Assembly: GCA_964569845.1 (NCBI GenBank) | Contig: CAZMUQ010000002.1 | Coordinates: forward strand, 919 to 64,918 | Length of the DNA stretch: 64,000 nucleotides | DNA from: an uncultured Candidatus Bathyarchaeia archaeon | GTDB taxonomy: Archaea > Thermoproteota > Bathyarchaeia > Hecatellales > Hecatellaceae | Reading direction: 5' to 3' | In this document: positions 19,850-28,343 of the stretch, in pieces | Numbering within the stretch: the stretch's first letter is position 1 | Layout: every line of letters starts with the position of its first letter | Notes under the pieces: generated by a model | What the model saw: only the letters and a program-made list of their open reading frames with translations | Told to the model about the DNA's origin: nothing | Database searches by the model: none | Made by a program: the position numbers and the translations under genes

Positions 19850-20001
19850 GCCTTTAAAAGCTAGATAATGATAGGTATATTAACTCTCCCGTGGATGTAA
19901 GAATAAGTTTATACTCAATATTTAATCTTTTCTACAAAAATGTATAAAAAAATGTAGTTGAATTCTCCTAACTCTGCAGGTTTAAGATAAAATGGGTTAT
20001 T

Positions 20002-22290
20002 TTAAAACTTCTTTATCACATTTTTACGGCCCTTGTGAGACCACCACTCCATTGGAAGGTACGTTGCGGATTCTCTTGCATAATTAACTATGCTTGTTAA
20101 GCCGCAAATTGGACATTTCTGTTTAAACCCTTTAAATGTTTTTTTACAGTAGCCACAATATGAAATAACATAATCATAAACATAAAAGCCAACATTATAT
20201 CCTCCGCAAATCTCCTTAGTTTTCTTAAGAAGTTCTTCACTTGAATACTCGCCTATAAGGGGGATTCTAAGCAAATGCCCTCCATTAAAAATTGAATGAA
20301 ATTTTTCTTCTAATCTTAGCCTATCATCTAAGGATATTTCTACGTTATCAGGGATTACAGAATTAAATGTATAATATGGATTTTCAGCATCCCCTTGAAC
20401 ATTAACCTCAGAAAAACCATAAAGTTTAACATCTTGTTCAGCCATTTTTTGAGATGCTTCAGCATCTGAAACCTGAGAAATGTAGATTCTCAGGTTAAGT
20501 TTTTTAGATACTGCATTAACCTTGTTAATTAAATGCTCTACAAGTTCTAATGCAAAATTTTGAGGCATAAGATCCTCATATATATCATACCCAAGATGAA
20601 ATTTGATAGCTTCAGCTAAGCCTACAACGCTAATTAAACCAAAAAAGTTGTCTAACCTACCGTATGTTTCACCATCAACTACACTTGAAAAATTTGGAAG
20701 GATATTCTCCTTAAACCTTTTATCAATCTCTCTCATTTTAACATTTAAAACTTCACCTGTAAGTTCAACAACCCTTTCAATACCATCAAAAAACTTATTA
20801 TCATCTCTTCTTGCTTCATAAGCTATCCGTGGGAGGTTTATTGAAATATTATTAAGGCAACAGACCCTTAAAGTATCAATTTCCCAATCCATTTTCCAAT
20901 CCACATTAACTTTTTCACCATTTGCAAGATAACTCGAAAATTCATCTTGTTCTCTAACAAGGTTAGCTACATAGAGCAAGCCATAATCAGCAGCAATTTT
21001 ATGAGCTTTTTCTAAAACATCATCATATTTAGCTCCTAAGCAACCAGGTCTAATTTTTAGGATAAGGTGGGGATTAAATAAGGGCTTTTTTTCACATATC
21101 TCAAGGAAAACCTCAAGAAGAAGATTTAAAATTTTTTGTGCTTCATCTTCATAATCACCATAAGTAAGTTGCGGAGAGCCTTCAAGGCCAATTATTGGTA
21201 AATTTTTAAGATGCTGAGGAACTGTTACCTCTAAGCCTAAGCTTACTCCGCTGAAAGATTTTAAGCCGATATTGCTTAATTCTAGAAGTAAAATTTTTAA
21301 AGTCTTCTTAATATCCTCTACTGGTTTTTTGGTAGCATAAGGTGAAAGAAAAATATTAAAATAATCAACCCCTTGCTCTCCTGAAACTTCATACTCAAAA
21401 AATCTTAACATACTCGTTGTTATGTTAATCGCTTCAGCAAAAGTTTTTGGCTGGGTGAATAGTAATGGCTTGTATGGATTTAAAAAATCTAAAGCTTTAA
21501 ACTTTCCTGAGAAAAATACTCTTAAATCATGGTAAACAGTAGAGGGAGTTAAAATCCATGAATTTGAATTTGATATGTGAATTTGACCAGAAAGATGAGC
21601 ATCTGCAACATTTCTCGGTAAGCTGTTAAGAAGCATATATTCAGTTATAACTCTATCTCCTGCTTTCAATCTCACAAAATTTGCACCCAGAAGTTTTTTA
21701 GAAACATCCTCAATTGTTCTTTTTACATCATAAGGCGGCATACCAAGCCTCGTTAACCTATGCCTATATTCCTCAAGATCGCTTTCTAGAAGTATAGCAT
21801 TTACAAACTCCCTAATTAGCGGAGCTGTAAGATACTTTACTGGTAACTTAAAAAGTCTCTCCTCAACTTCTAAGGAAACTTTCTCAGCAACATCTTGAGA
21901 TAAACCAGCCTCCTCAACAAGAACAGAAGCTATTTTATTTCTATCAAATTCCTCTACAGTATATCTAGAAGTCCTAACAAGCATTCTACCAGATTTTTTA
22001 AGAGCATACTCCTCAAGATCCTTCGAAAATCTAACAATCATTAAGCCTAAATCAGTTATTTTATACTTTTTAATAGATTTTTCAAAAGTAATTAGGCCTG
22101 CCTTTATAAGGTTTTTAAGATGATAGACGAATTTTCCAGCATCTTTTGTAGGTTCAAAATTTAACATCTCCATTATTTCGCTATAGGTTAAGGGACCTTT
22201 CATAGCAATAAGTTTTAAAGTTTGGATTCTTGTTGGTGCCGAAACAGCATCAAAAATTTCTGCACTTACTCTTGTCTTCTTCTTTGACAT
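20002..22290 (-). CDS. RNR-family paralog with N-terminal winged-helix and ATP-cone domains (NrdD-like or inactivated RNR homolog)
   Basis: 762 aa. Residues 1-100 are ArsR-like wHTH. Residues ~100-190 form an ATP-cone (RYTVEEFDRNKIASVLVEEAG). The body contains RVCCLNNISINL, resembling the C-N-L-G-S-I-N-L finger loop of RNRs. The C-terminus has CGYC...CPIC. No NPCGE motif was seen. Confidence 0.5.
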   Translation of the reverse strand: MSKKKTRVSAEIFDAVSAPTRIQTLKLIAMKGPLTYSEIMEMLNFEPTKDAGKFVYHLKNLIKAGLITFEKSIKKYKITDLGLMIVRFSKDLEEYALKKSGRMLVRTSRYTVEEFDRNKIASVLVEEAGLSQDVAEKVSLEVEERLFKLPVKYLTAPLIREFVNAILLESDLEEYRHRLTRLGMPPYDVKRTIEDVSKKLLGANFVRLKAGDRVITEYMLLNSLPRNVADAHLSGQIHISNSNSWILTPSTVYHDLRVFFSGKFKALDFLNPYKPLLFTQPKTFAEAINITTSMLRFFEYEVSGEQGVDYFNIFLSPYATKKPVEDIKKTLKILLLELSNIGLKSFSGVSLGLEVTVPQHLKNLPIIGLEGSPQLTYGDYEDEAQKILNLLLEVFLEICEKKPLFNPHLILKIRPGCLGAKYDDVLEKAHKIAADYGLLYVANLVREQDEFSSYLANGEKVNVDWKMDWEIDTLRVCCLNNISINLPRIAYEARRDDNKFFDGIERVVELTGEVLNVKMREIDKRFKENILPNFSSVVDGETYGRLDNFFGLISVVGLAEAIKFHLGYDIYEDLMPQNFALELVEHLINKVNAVSKKLNLRIYISQVSDAEASQKMAEQDVKLYGFSEVNVQGDAENPYYTFNSVIPDNVEISLDDRLRLEEKFHSIFNGGHLLRIPLIGEYSSEELLKKTKEICGGYNVGFYVYDYVISYCGYCKKTFKGFKQKCPICGLTSIVNYARESATYLPMEWWSHKGRKNVIKKF

Positions 22291-22417
22291 GGCTTCGCCC
22301 CTTTAAATGGTTTTAAGCTACTTCTAATGCTTAAGCTTAACTGTAACCTTAAAGTAGTTCTAGATTGAATTTAAATATAAGTTTAGTTTATGGTTAAGTT
22401 AACAGGGGAAGTTAAAA

Positions 22418-22663
22418 TTGACTATAGCATTTGTCTTAATAAATGTTCAACCTGGAAGTGAAGAAAAGGTTATAGAGAAGTTAAAAAGTTTTGATAAGGT
22501 TAAAGAAGTTTATGGGCTTTACGGTATTTATGATATTATGGCTAAAATTGAAGCAAGCTCCTTGGAAGAAATAAAAGAAACAGTAGATTTTAGAATAAGA
22601 AAACTTGAAAATGTAAGATCCTCAATAACTATGATAGTTATTGAAAAATATCTTACAAGCTAA
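22418..22663 (+). CDS. stand-alone RAM (Lrp/AsnC C-terminal, ACT-like) domain protein
   Basis: 81 aa beta-alpha-beta-beta-alpha-beta pattern (AFVLINVQPG...YGIYDIMAKIEA), paralogous to the three other RAM genes in the window. Confidence 0.55.
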   Translation: MTIAFVLINVQPGSEEKVIEKLKSFDKVKEVYGLYGIYDIMAKIEASSLEEIKETVDFRIRKLENVRSSITMIVIEKYLTS

Positions 22664-22674
22664 ACGGGATAAAA

Positions 22675-22923
22675 TTGATAACAACTTTTTTCCTTATAAC
22701 CGTTAAAGCTGGAACAGACCAGGAAATAATAAGGAAACTTAAGAGTTATAAGGAAATAAGCGTTAAAGAGGTCTACGAAATCTATGGAGCATTTGACATT
22801 CTAGCTAGAATTGAAGCTGAAAGCGAGGATAAAATTTCAAAAGTTAGATTAAATTTAGAAGAAGATAAAGATGTTTGGTCTATTCAGGTTGTTAAGGTTT
22901 CCTTTGAATGGAAAAAAGCTTAA
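22675..22923 (+). CDS. stand-alone RAM domain protein (tandem paralog)
   Basis: 82 aa (FFLITVKAGT...YGAFDILARIEA), 12 nt downstream of the previous RAM gene. Confidence 0.55.
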   Translation: MITTFFLITVKAGTDQEIIRKLKSYKEISVKEVYEIYGAFDILARIEAESEDKISKVRLNLEEDKDVWSIQVVKVSFEWKKA

Positions 22924-23474
22924 CTTGAAGTTAAAAGCTTCATTAAATGCTTCTCATCAATTTCAGCCCTTGTTCTCCAACCAATCCTAAGCACATTATT
23001 TTCGTCTTCTCTAAGATAACCTAGCCTTGTAAACCTTTCCAAATTTAATCTTACCTTCCAAACAGGAAATTTCTCAGCTAAAAATTTTTCAACTTCGCTT
23101 TTTGATACTTCCCCACCTTTTGAATTAAGATAAACTATTGTTGCAGCTAAAATTGCTAAATCATCAACCCTCCAACCAGATACATCAGGCCAATCTTCAA
23201 ACTCACCTTCTTCAAATGTTAAAAGAACCCAATCTTCATCAGAAATTTCATTTAGGCTTTTTTTAAAACCATCACCGGAAAAAACTTTAACCTTTAACCC
23301 TAGCTTTTTAAGCTCATCATTCAAAATCATTAAAAGTTTAGTATAATCTTCTCCAAAAGCCCTTTTTAACTCTGAGCTTTTAACACCAGGAATTTTGTGT
23401 CTTTGAAGTAAAAGCATTCTAACAAGTTTTTTTAAACTATATTTGTAAAAATCTTTAACTCTTTTCTTACTCAA
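22920..23474 (-). CDS. ScpB-like (kite) protein, tentative
   Basis: 184 aa. The C-terminal half (LAILAATIVYLNSKGGEVSKSEVEKFL...LERFTRLGYL) resembles the second winged helix of ScpB. Last gene of the SMC-like operon, with 1-nt spacing. Confidence 0.4.
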   Translation of the reverse strand: MSKKRVKDFYKYSLKKLVRMLLLQRHKIPGVKSSELKRAFGEDYTKLLMILNDELKKLGLKVKVFSGDGFKKSLNEISDEDWVLLTFEEGEFEDWPDVSGWRVDDLAILAATIVYLNSKGGEVSKSEVEKFLAEKFPVWKVRLNLERFTRLGYLREDENNVLRIGWRTRAEIDEKHLMKLLTSS

Positions 23475-23475
23475 C

Positions 23476-24267
23476 TTAAACAGCCTTCCTTAAAGCTATC
23501 CATTTTTCATAACTTATAGGTATTATAAAGGAGGAAATTTTACCACTTTTTTTAGGTTCACTTTTTGGAATTAGGAAAATTTCATTTTTTAATGGGTCTG
23601 TAATAAGTTCAGCGTAACCATAGCTGATGAGAAAACTTGTTAAATATGCTTTAACAATAAATTCCTCGTAAATATTGGAGTGTATAAAATTCCAATAGGA
23701 AATTTTACCGTTCTTAGCTTTATTCTTAAGAAGCTCCCATAAATCTTTTAAAATTTTTTCAAACTCCCTCTTGAGTATAAGTTTTTGATTTTCTACCTCC
23801 TTCCACGACATAACTTCTATCTGAGGTGTATCCTGAAGATTAAGCTTTTTCATTTTAAGTTTTTGAGGAGCAAGATTCTTCCAATATTTTAAAGCTTCCT
23901 CCAACTTCTTAATAGGGAGAGCTTTAATAGTAGCGATAGGATTCCAAGATTCTAGAAGGATCTCAGCTAATTTTTTTGTTTTAATGCTACGTATCTTTGA
24001 TTTAACAGTTTCAAGGTCAAGATAAGGTTTAGATTTATGCTTTATCCATTCTTCTTGAAGCTTAACAACTTTTGACAAACTATTTATCGCTTCAGCATCT
24101 AAACAATAATCTTCAAAAGATTTATACTTATTAAGCAAACCTCTAAGGGTTTCCAGTATTTCGCAAACTTCAACCTCAAATGGATCCAGAATTTTTTCAT
24201 CAACTGTTTTACATAAGCTAATAACTCTTAAGAGAAATTCCCTGCTGTTTTCGCCTTTTTTACCCAA
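23476..24267 (-). CDS. kleisin (ScpA)-like protein, tentative
   Basis: 263 aa. N-terminal helix KILDPFEVEVCEILETL resembles the ScpA neck-binding helix. C-terminal AYLTSFLISYGYAELI...EIFLIP resembles the ScpA winged helix. Confidence 0.45.
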   Translation of the reverse strand: MGKKGENSREFLLRVISLCKTVDEKILDPFEVEVCEILETLRGLLNKYKSFEDYCLDAEAINSLSKVVKLQEEWIKHKSKPYLDLETVKSKIRSIKTKKLAEILLESWNPIATIKALPIKKLEEALKYWKNLAPQKLKMKKLNLQDTPQIEVMSWKEVENQKLILKREFEKILKDLWELLKNKAKNGKISYWNFIHSNIYEEFIVKAYLTSFLISYGYAELITDPLKNEIFLIPKSEPKKSGKISSFIIPISYEKWIALRKAV

Positions 24268-24276
24268 TTTTAAACC

Positions 24277-26235
24277 TCAAACCAGAAGTTTAACATTTGA
24301 TTTTCCGCTAATATTCTGAACAATAATTATATTTGCGTCTTTATCAAAAATTGGCAAAAGTCCTGGTGTTATTACAATATACTGCATATTTTTCTGCGAT
24401 TTTACTGTCGAAACTACAAGCTTGGAGATTATTTCACGATTCCGCGGATCCATGTGAACTTCAAATTCATCAACTGCCCTTATTGGAGATTTAACATGTT
24501 TTTGAAGTGAAAGAAGAAAAGCCATAACAGCTGTACTTCTTTCTCCACCACTTTGAGTGTATGCATCTAAAACTTTTGGAGAATAACCAGAGAAGCCTAT
24601 ACTTATTTCTAGCCCTGCAGATTCTATATCCTCATCATTTACAAGCTTTATGCTACCATTAGCACCTATACTTTGAAGGGTTGTATTGAAGCTTTTATTT
24701 AGATCTTCAAGAAAATTGGTTATGATAGTTTTCCATGTTTGCTTTCTAACTTCAACTTCAGCTAACATTCTACGCTTATTCTCAGCAACAATTATAGACT
24801 TCTCCTTAAGCTCCTCAAAAACCTTAAAATATTTTTCAAACATCATCTCAGCTTCATCTGAAACATCCCTTAGAGATTCAAGCTGTAAATTTATAATTCT
24901 TAAATCTTCATTTACCTCTTGTGGACTACGCTTTGTTTCAATTTTTAGCTCCAAACTATCAGCTTTAATAAAGTATTGTTGAAACTCTTTTTCAAGCCGG
25001 GAAACATCTAAGCCTATTTTTCCAATATCCTTTTCTAAAATATTCTTTTGAAAATCTAAGGTGGCTTCCCTAATTTTATGGTCTAAAATTTCTTCTTGAA
25101 GGAGTTCTATTTCTTCATCTAATCTATTAATCTCTTGTACTAGTTTATCTTTAAACTTTTTAACCTCATCAAGTTTACCGACAATATTCTTGTATTTAGC
25201 TTCAAACTCTAAAAGCAACTTTTTAGGAAGTTTTACAGAATTTTCTGAATCTTTATTTTTATGTTTGTTTAGAAGCTCTCTAAATTCTAAATAAGCTTCT
25301 ATCCGACCTTTTTCTTTTTCCAATTCTAGAATTTTATAGAAAATCTCTTTTCTTTCATCTTTAAGTTTAATTACATCAATATTCATATTTTCAATTTTAT
25401 CCTTAATCTTTTTAATGCTATCCTTAATTCTTTCTACTTCGTTTTTCTTATCCCTAAAAGAATCCTTTAATCTTTCGAGTTCATTTTTAAGCTTAAAAAC
25501 ATGAGACCATGCAAGCTCAGCATTTAAATAATTTTTTCTCTCAAGAAATTCTCTCTTCTTAACAAGTCTTTCATATTGCTCTTTCCAATATTTTAGAGTT
25601 TGTTCAGCATTTGATAGAAGCCTTAAAACTTCAGATTCTTCACTTAAAATCTTGTTAAGTCTTTCTTGAGCTTCTAAAACTCTTTGTCGATATGCTTGAA
25701 AGCCAACAGCCTCTTCAACCATCATAAGCTTCTTATTTGGAGGTATGAAGCTAAACTCTTCAATCATGTTTTGATGCATGATTATAAGCATATTGTTTGG
25801 GTTTATTCCTAAATTTGAGAAAATTTTTACAATCTCAGCCTTATTTACCTCATGGTAATCAACTTCATACCAGTAAAGACCATCCTTTCTAAGAATTTTT
25901 GAAACTAAGAATAAATCTGAGCTACATCCTTTTATTGGTCGTTTACCATTAACTTTAGAGTTATCAAAAACAAGCGTTATTCTTGCCTGTTTCTCACCCC
26001 AGCGTATTAAATCACTTAGCTTTTTAGATCTTTCAGTATAAGTTTGACCTAAAACTACGGATAAAGCTATAAGTAAAGAAGATTTACCTGAACCATTAGG
26101 ACCGCATACTATGTTTAATCCTGGTTTAAGAGGGATACGTGCATACTCGTAACTCATGAAGTTTTCTAAGATAATCTCCTTTAGCAAGGGTTTTCTAGAA
26201 ACTTCCTCTAAGACACTTTTGTCTTCTACTTTCAT
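24277..26235 (-). CDS. SMC-like ABC ATPase, short hinge-less (RecN/Sph/ClsN-like architecture)
   Basis: 652 aa with Walker A GPNGSGKSSLLIAL, about 330 aa continuous coiled coil with no hinge or CxxC hook, signature SGGERST, and Walker B AVDEFEVHMD. Confidence 0.75.
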   Translation of the reverse strand: MKVEDKSVLEEVSRKPLLKEIILENFMSYEYARIPLKPGLNIVCGPNGSGKSSLLIALSVVLGQTYTERSKKLSDLIRWGEKQARITLVFDNSKVNGKRPIKGCSSDLFLVSKILRKDGLYWYEVDYHEVNKAEIVKIFSNLGINPNNMLIIMHQNMIEEFSFIPPNKKLMMVEEAVGFQAYRQRVLEAQERLNKILSEESEVLRLLSNAEQTLKYWKEQYERLVKKREFLERKNYLNAELAWSHVFKLKNELERLKDSFRDKKNEVERIKDSIKKIKDKIENMNIDVIKLKDERKEIFYKILELEKEKGRIEAYLEFRELLNKHKNKDSENSVKLPKKLLLEFEAKYKNIVGKLDEVKKFKDKLVQEINRLDEEIELLQEEILDHKIREATLDFQKNILEKDIGKIGLDVSRLEKEFQQYFIKADSLELKIETKRSPQEVNEDLRIINLQLESLRDVSDEAEMMFEKYFKVFEELKEKSIIVAENKRRMLAEVEVRKQTWKTIITNFLEDLNKSFNTTLQSIGANGSIKLVNDEDIESAGLEISIGFSGYSPKVLDAYTQSGGERSTAVMAFLLSLQKHVKSPIRAVDEFEVHMDPRNREIISKLVVSTVKSQKNMQYIVITPGLLPIFDKDANIIIVQNISGKSNVKLLV

Positions 26236-26364
26236 TCTTAAGTTTCCACCATACCTGCACCATGGTTAGGCTAAAATAAGAGTTAAGCCTTTTTTAAAGG
26301 TTTAGTTTAATTGTTAATGCTAAGCTTACATCCATGTCAACATAAAACTGTAATAAAAACACTG

Positions 26365-27168
26365 TTAACTCTCAAAAGTTTTAAGATTTTCTAATGCAAA
26401 CTTAAACATCTCACCTTTATAGATGTATTGTAAAAGCTTGTCCTTAAGAATTCTTACTGAATATTCATCAATATTAAACTTAAAGTTATACTTTACATCA
26501 ATCAAAATTAGATTTTCAGGCGATGCTGGCGGAATTATAGTCTTAACACCTATATCCTTATCTAGGAAATTCTCAATACTGCTTAAGCTTAACTCTCCTT
26601 TACTACCCATTAACATTAAGGTTACAAGTCTACGTATTAAGCTTCTAGTGAAACTTCTAGATTTAAATATCAAAAAAAGGATGTCATCTTTAACTTTAAC
26701 ATCAATACTTTTCAACTTTTTAGGAAAAATCTTACCATAAGCATCAACATACCATCCAAAAGAAACTTTCCTTTCAAGGATTTTAGCTAAGGTTAGTAAG
26801 TCTTTAAGGTTTTCCCCATTATACCTTAAAATATAAGCATACGTTCTTTCCTTAGCATCTCTTCTAGGATTAAAGTTTAAGTTTACTTCAGCCCAAGCCC
26901 AAGCATATACTTCATAAGGTAAGAAATTATTCAATCTTTTAAGAGTAAAAACTTTTTCAGTATTAAAAGCTATCACTTGCCCTAAAGCACTAACTCCTCT
27001 ATCAGTTCTTGAAGCTGCCTGAAAGGAAGCTGCCTTAAGATCATCCACAAGTCGAGATTTTAATAGTGCGGAGAGAAGTTCTCCTGCAACAGTCCTTTTA
27101 TCTTTTTGAAGCTGAAAACCATGAAAATTTGAACCATTATAGTATACTTTTACAGCATAACGTTTCAT
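26365..27168 (-). CDS. truA: tRNA pseudouridine(38-40) synthase
   Basis: 267 aa with YNGSNFHGFQ and catalytic RTDRGVSA motif. Confidence 0.8.
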   Translation of the reverse strand: MKRYAVKVYYNGSNFHGFQLQKDKRTVAGELLSALLKSRLVDDLKAASFQAASRTDRGVSALGQVIAFNTEKVFTLKRLNNFLPYEVYAWAWAEVNLNFNPRRDAKERTYAYILRYNGENLKDLLTLAKILERKVSFGWYVDAYGKIFPKKLKSIDVKVKDDILFLIFKSRSFTRSLIRRLVTLMLMGSKGELSLSSIENFLDKDIGVKTIIPPASPENLILIDVKYNFKFNIDEYSVRILKDKLLQYIYKGEMFKFALENLKTFES

Positions 27169-27170
27169 TA

Positions 27171-27713
27171 TTACTCTTTAGCATGTTTTACTATATGTGG
27201 GGCTTCAGGAATTATAAGTTTTTTAACAGCCAACTTAACAGCATCAGGTGAACCAGGTAAACAAAAAATAACCTTACCATCCACGACACCAGCTGTAGCT
27301 CTTGTTAAAATTGCAGCTGAACCTATTTTTTCATAGCTAAGCTTTCTTAAAATTTCTCCGAATCCAGGAAGTTTCTTTTGTAAAAGTTTTTCAACAACTT
27401 CAACAGATACGTCATTTCTTGTAATGCCTGTTCCCCCTGTAAGAAGAAGAACATCAGCATCCTTATGCTTTAAGTACTTGAGTATTGTTCTCTTAATCAC
27501 TTTAGAGTTATCAGGTATAAGTTGCCTATCTAAAATTTTGTATCCTGCTTTCTTTAGAAGAAATGTAATAATATCCCCAGACAAATCTTTAACTTCTTTT
27601 CCGCTAGATTTAAGCATATATTTTGAGGTGCTAACAGTAATGATTACAAAATTTAGCTTTTTAGGTGAAAGTTTCCTATGTATAATGTAACTTTTAACCA
27701 TAAACTCAACCAT
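27171..27713 (-). CDS. molybdenum cofactor biosynthesis protein MoaB/MogA-type
   Basis: 180 aa with LLTGGTGITRNDV MoCF-biosynthesis domain motif. Confidence 0.75.
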   Translation of the reverse strand: MVEFMVKSYIIHRKLSPKKLNFVIITVSTSKYMLKSSGKEVKDLSGDIITFLLKKAGYKILDRQLIPDNSKVIKRTILKYLKHKDADVLLLTGGTGITRNDVSVEVVEKLLQKKLPGFGEILRKLSYEKIGSAAILTRATAGVVDGKVIFCLPGSPDAVKLAVKKLIIPEAPHIVKHAKE

Positions 27714-27723
27714 TAATATTTAT

Positions 27724-28029
27724 CTATTTCAAAGTTAAAAGTAGATGCATTAATGAAACCCCGATAACAATTAATGTTGAACCTACCGTTAAAAGTAATG
27801 TTGTATATCTTGTAGAAGATGATTTACTAGCTCTACTAATCATAAGAAAACCCAAAAAACCTATTAGAAGAAGAATCATTGAGAAAATGCTTTCAACCAT
27901 TGTTTGGGCGCTTAAATCACCTGGAACAAAAAATAGTAACCTATTTCCACCAAGAACTATAACAGGCGGAGGAAAACGAAAAATATCATATATTCCTCCA
28001 CCAATAAGAAATATTGCTAATCCAATCAT
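27724..28029 (-). CDS. small membrane protein
   Basis: 101 aa with three predicted TM helices. Confidence 0.4.
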   Translation of the reverse strand: MIGLAIFLIGGGIYDIFRFPPPVIVLGGNRLLFFVPGDLSAQTMVESIFSMILLLIGFLGFLMISRASKSSSTRYTTLLLTVGSTLIVIGVSLMHLLLTLK

Positions 28030-28099
28030 GAGGAAAAGAAAGGCATATGATAGTTTTTCAGGGTAGCCTTTTTCAACAACAGGTTTACCGAATTTTCTT

Positions 28100-28324
28100 C
28101 TAAACTTTTCTTTTTTCCTCTTTTTTGAGAAGATAAGCTACAACCTCCTTAACCCAAATTCCCGTACTAGGGTTTTTTTCTATTTCACTAAGAAACTCTT
28201 TCCACCCTATTTTCATAGCTTTCTTCCAATAGTTAAAAGTTTTCCTAAGGTTTTGGTAAGAAAGCATATGCCTATAACAAAAATCATTAGAAGATTCCCT
28301 ACCACAAATAACACATCTTCCCAT
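28100..28324 (-). CDS. small Cys/His-containing hypothetical protein
   Basis: 74 aa with N-terminal CVICG...CYRH. Confidence 0.35.
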   Translation of the reverse strand: MGRCVICGRESSNDFCYRHMLSYQNLRKTFNYWKKAMKIGWKEFLSEIEKNPSTGIWVKEVVAYLLKKEEKRKV

Positions 28325-28343
28325 AAATTTACACCAGCTAAAA

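Noticed and set aside
24686-24982. 98-aa plus-strand ORF inside the SMC-like gene
   Set aside because: Antisense to the coiled-coil region. The repetitive AT-rich sequence generates open frames by chance.
24277-26235. Considered Rad50 for the SMC-like ATPase
   Set aside because: No CxxC zinc hook in the coiled coil and no Mre11-like phosphoesterase gene adjacent. The neighbours look like kleisin/ScpB instead.
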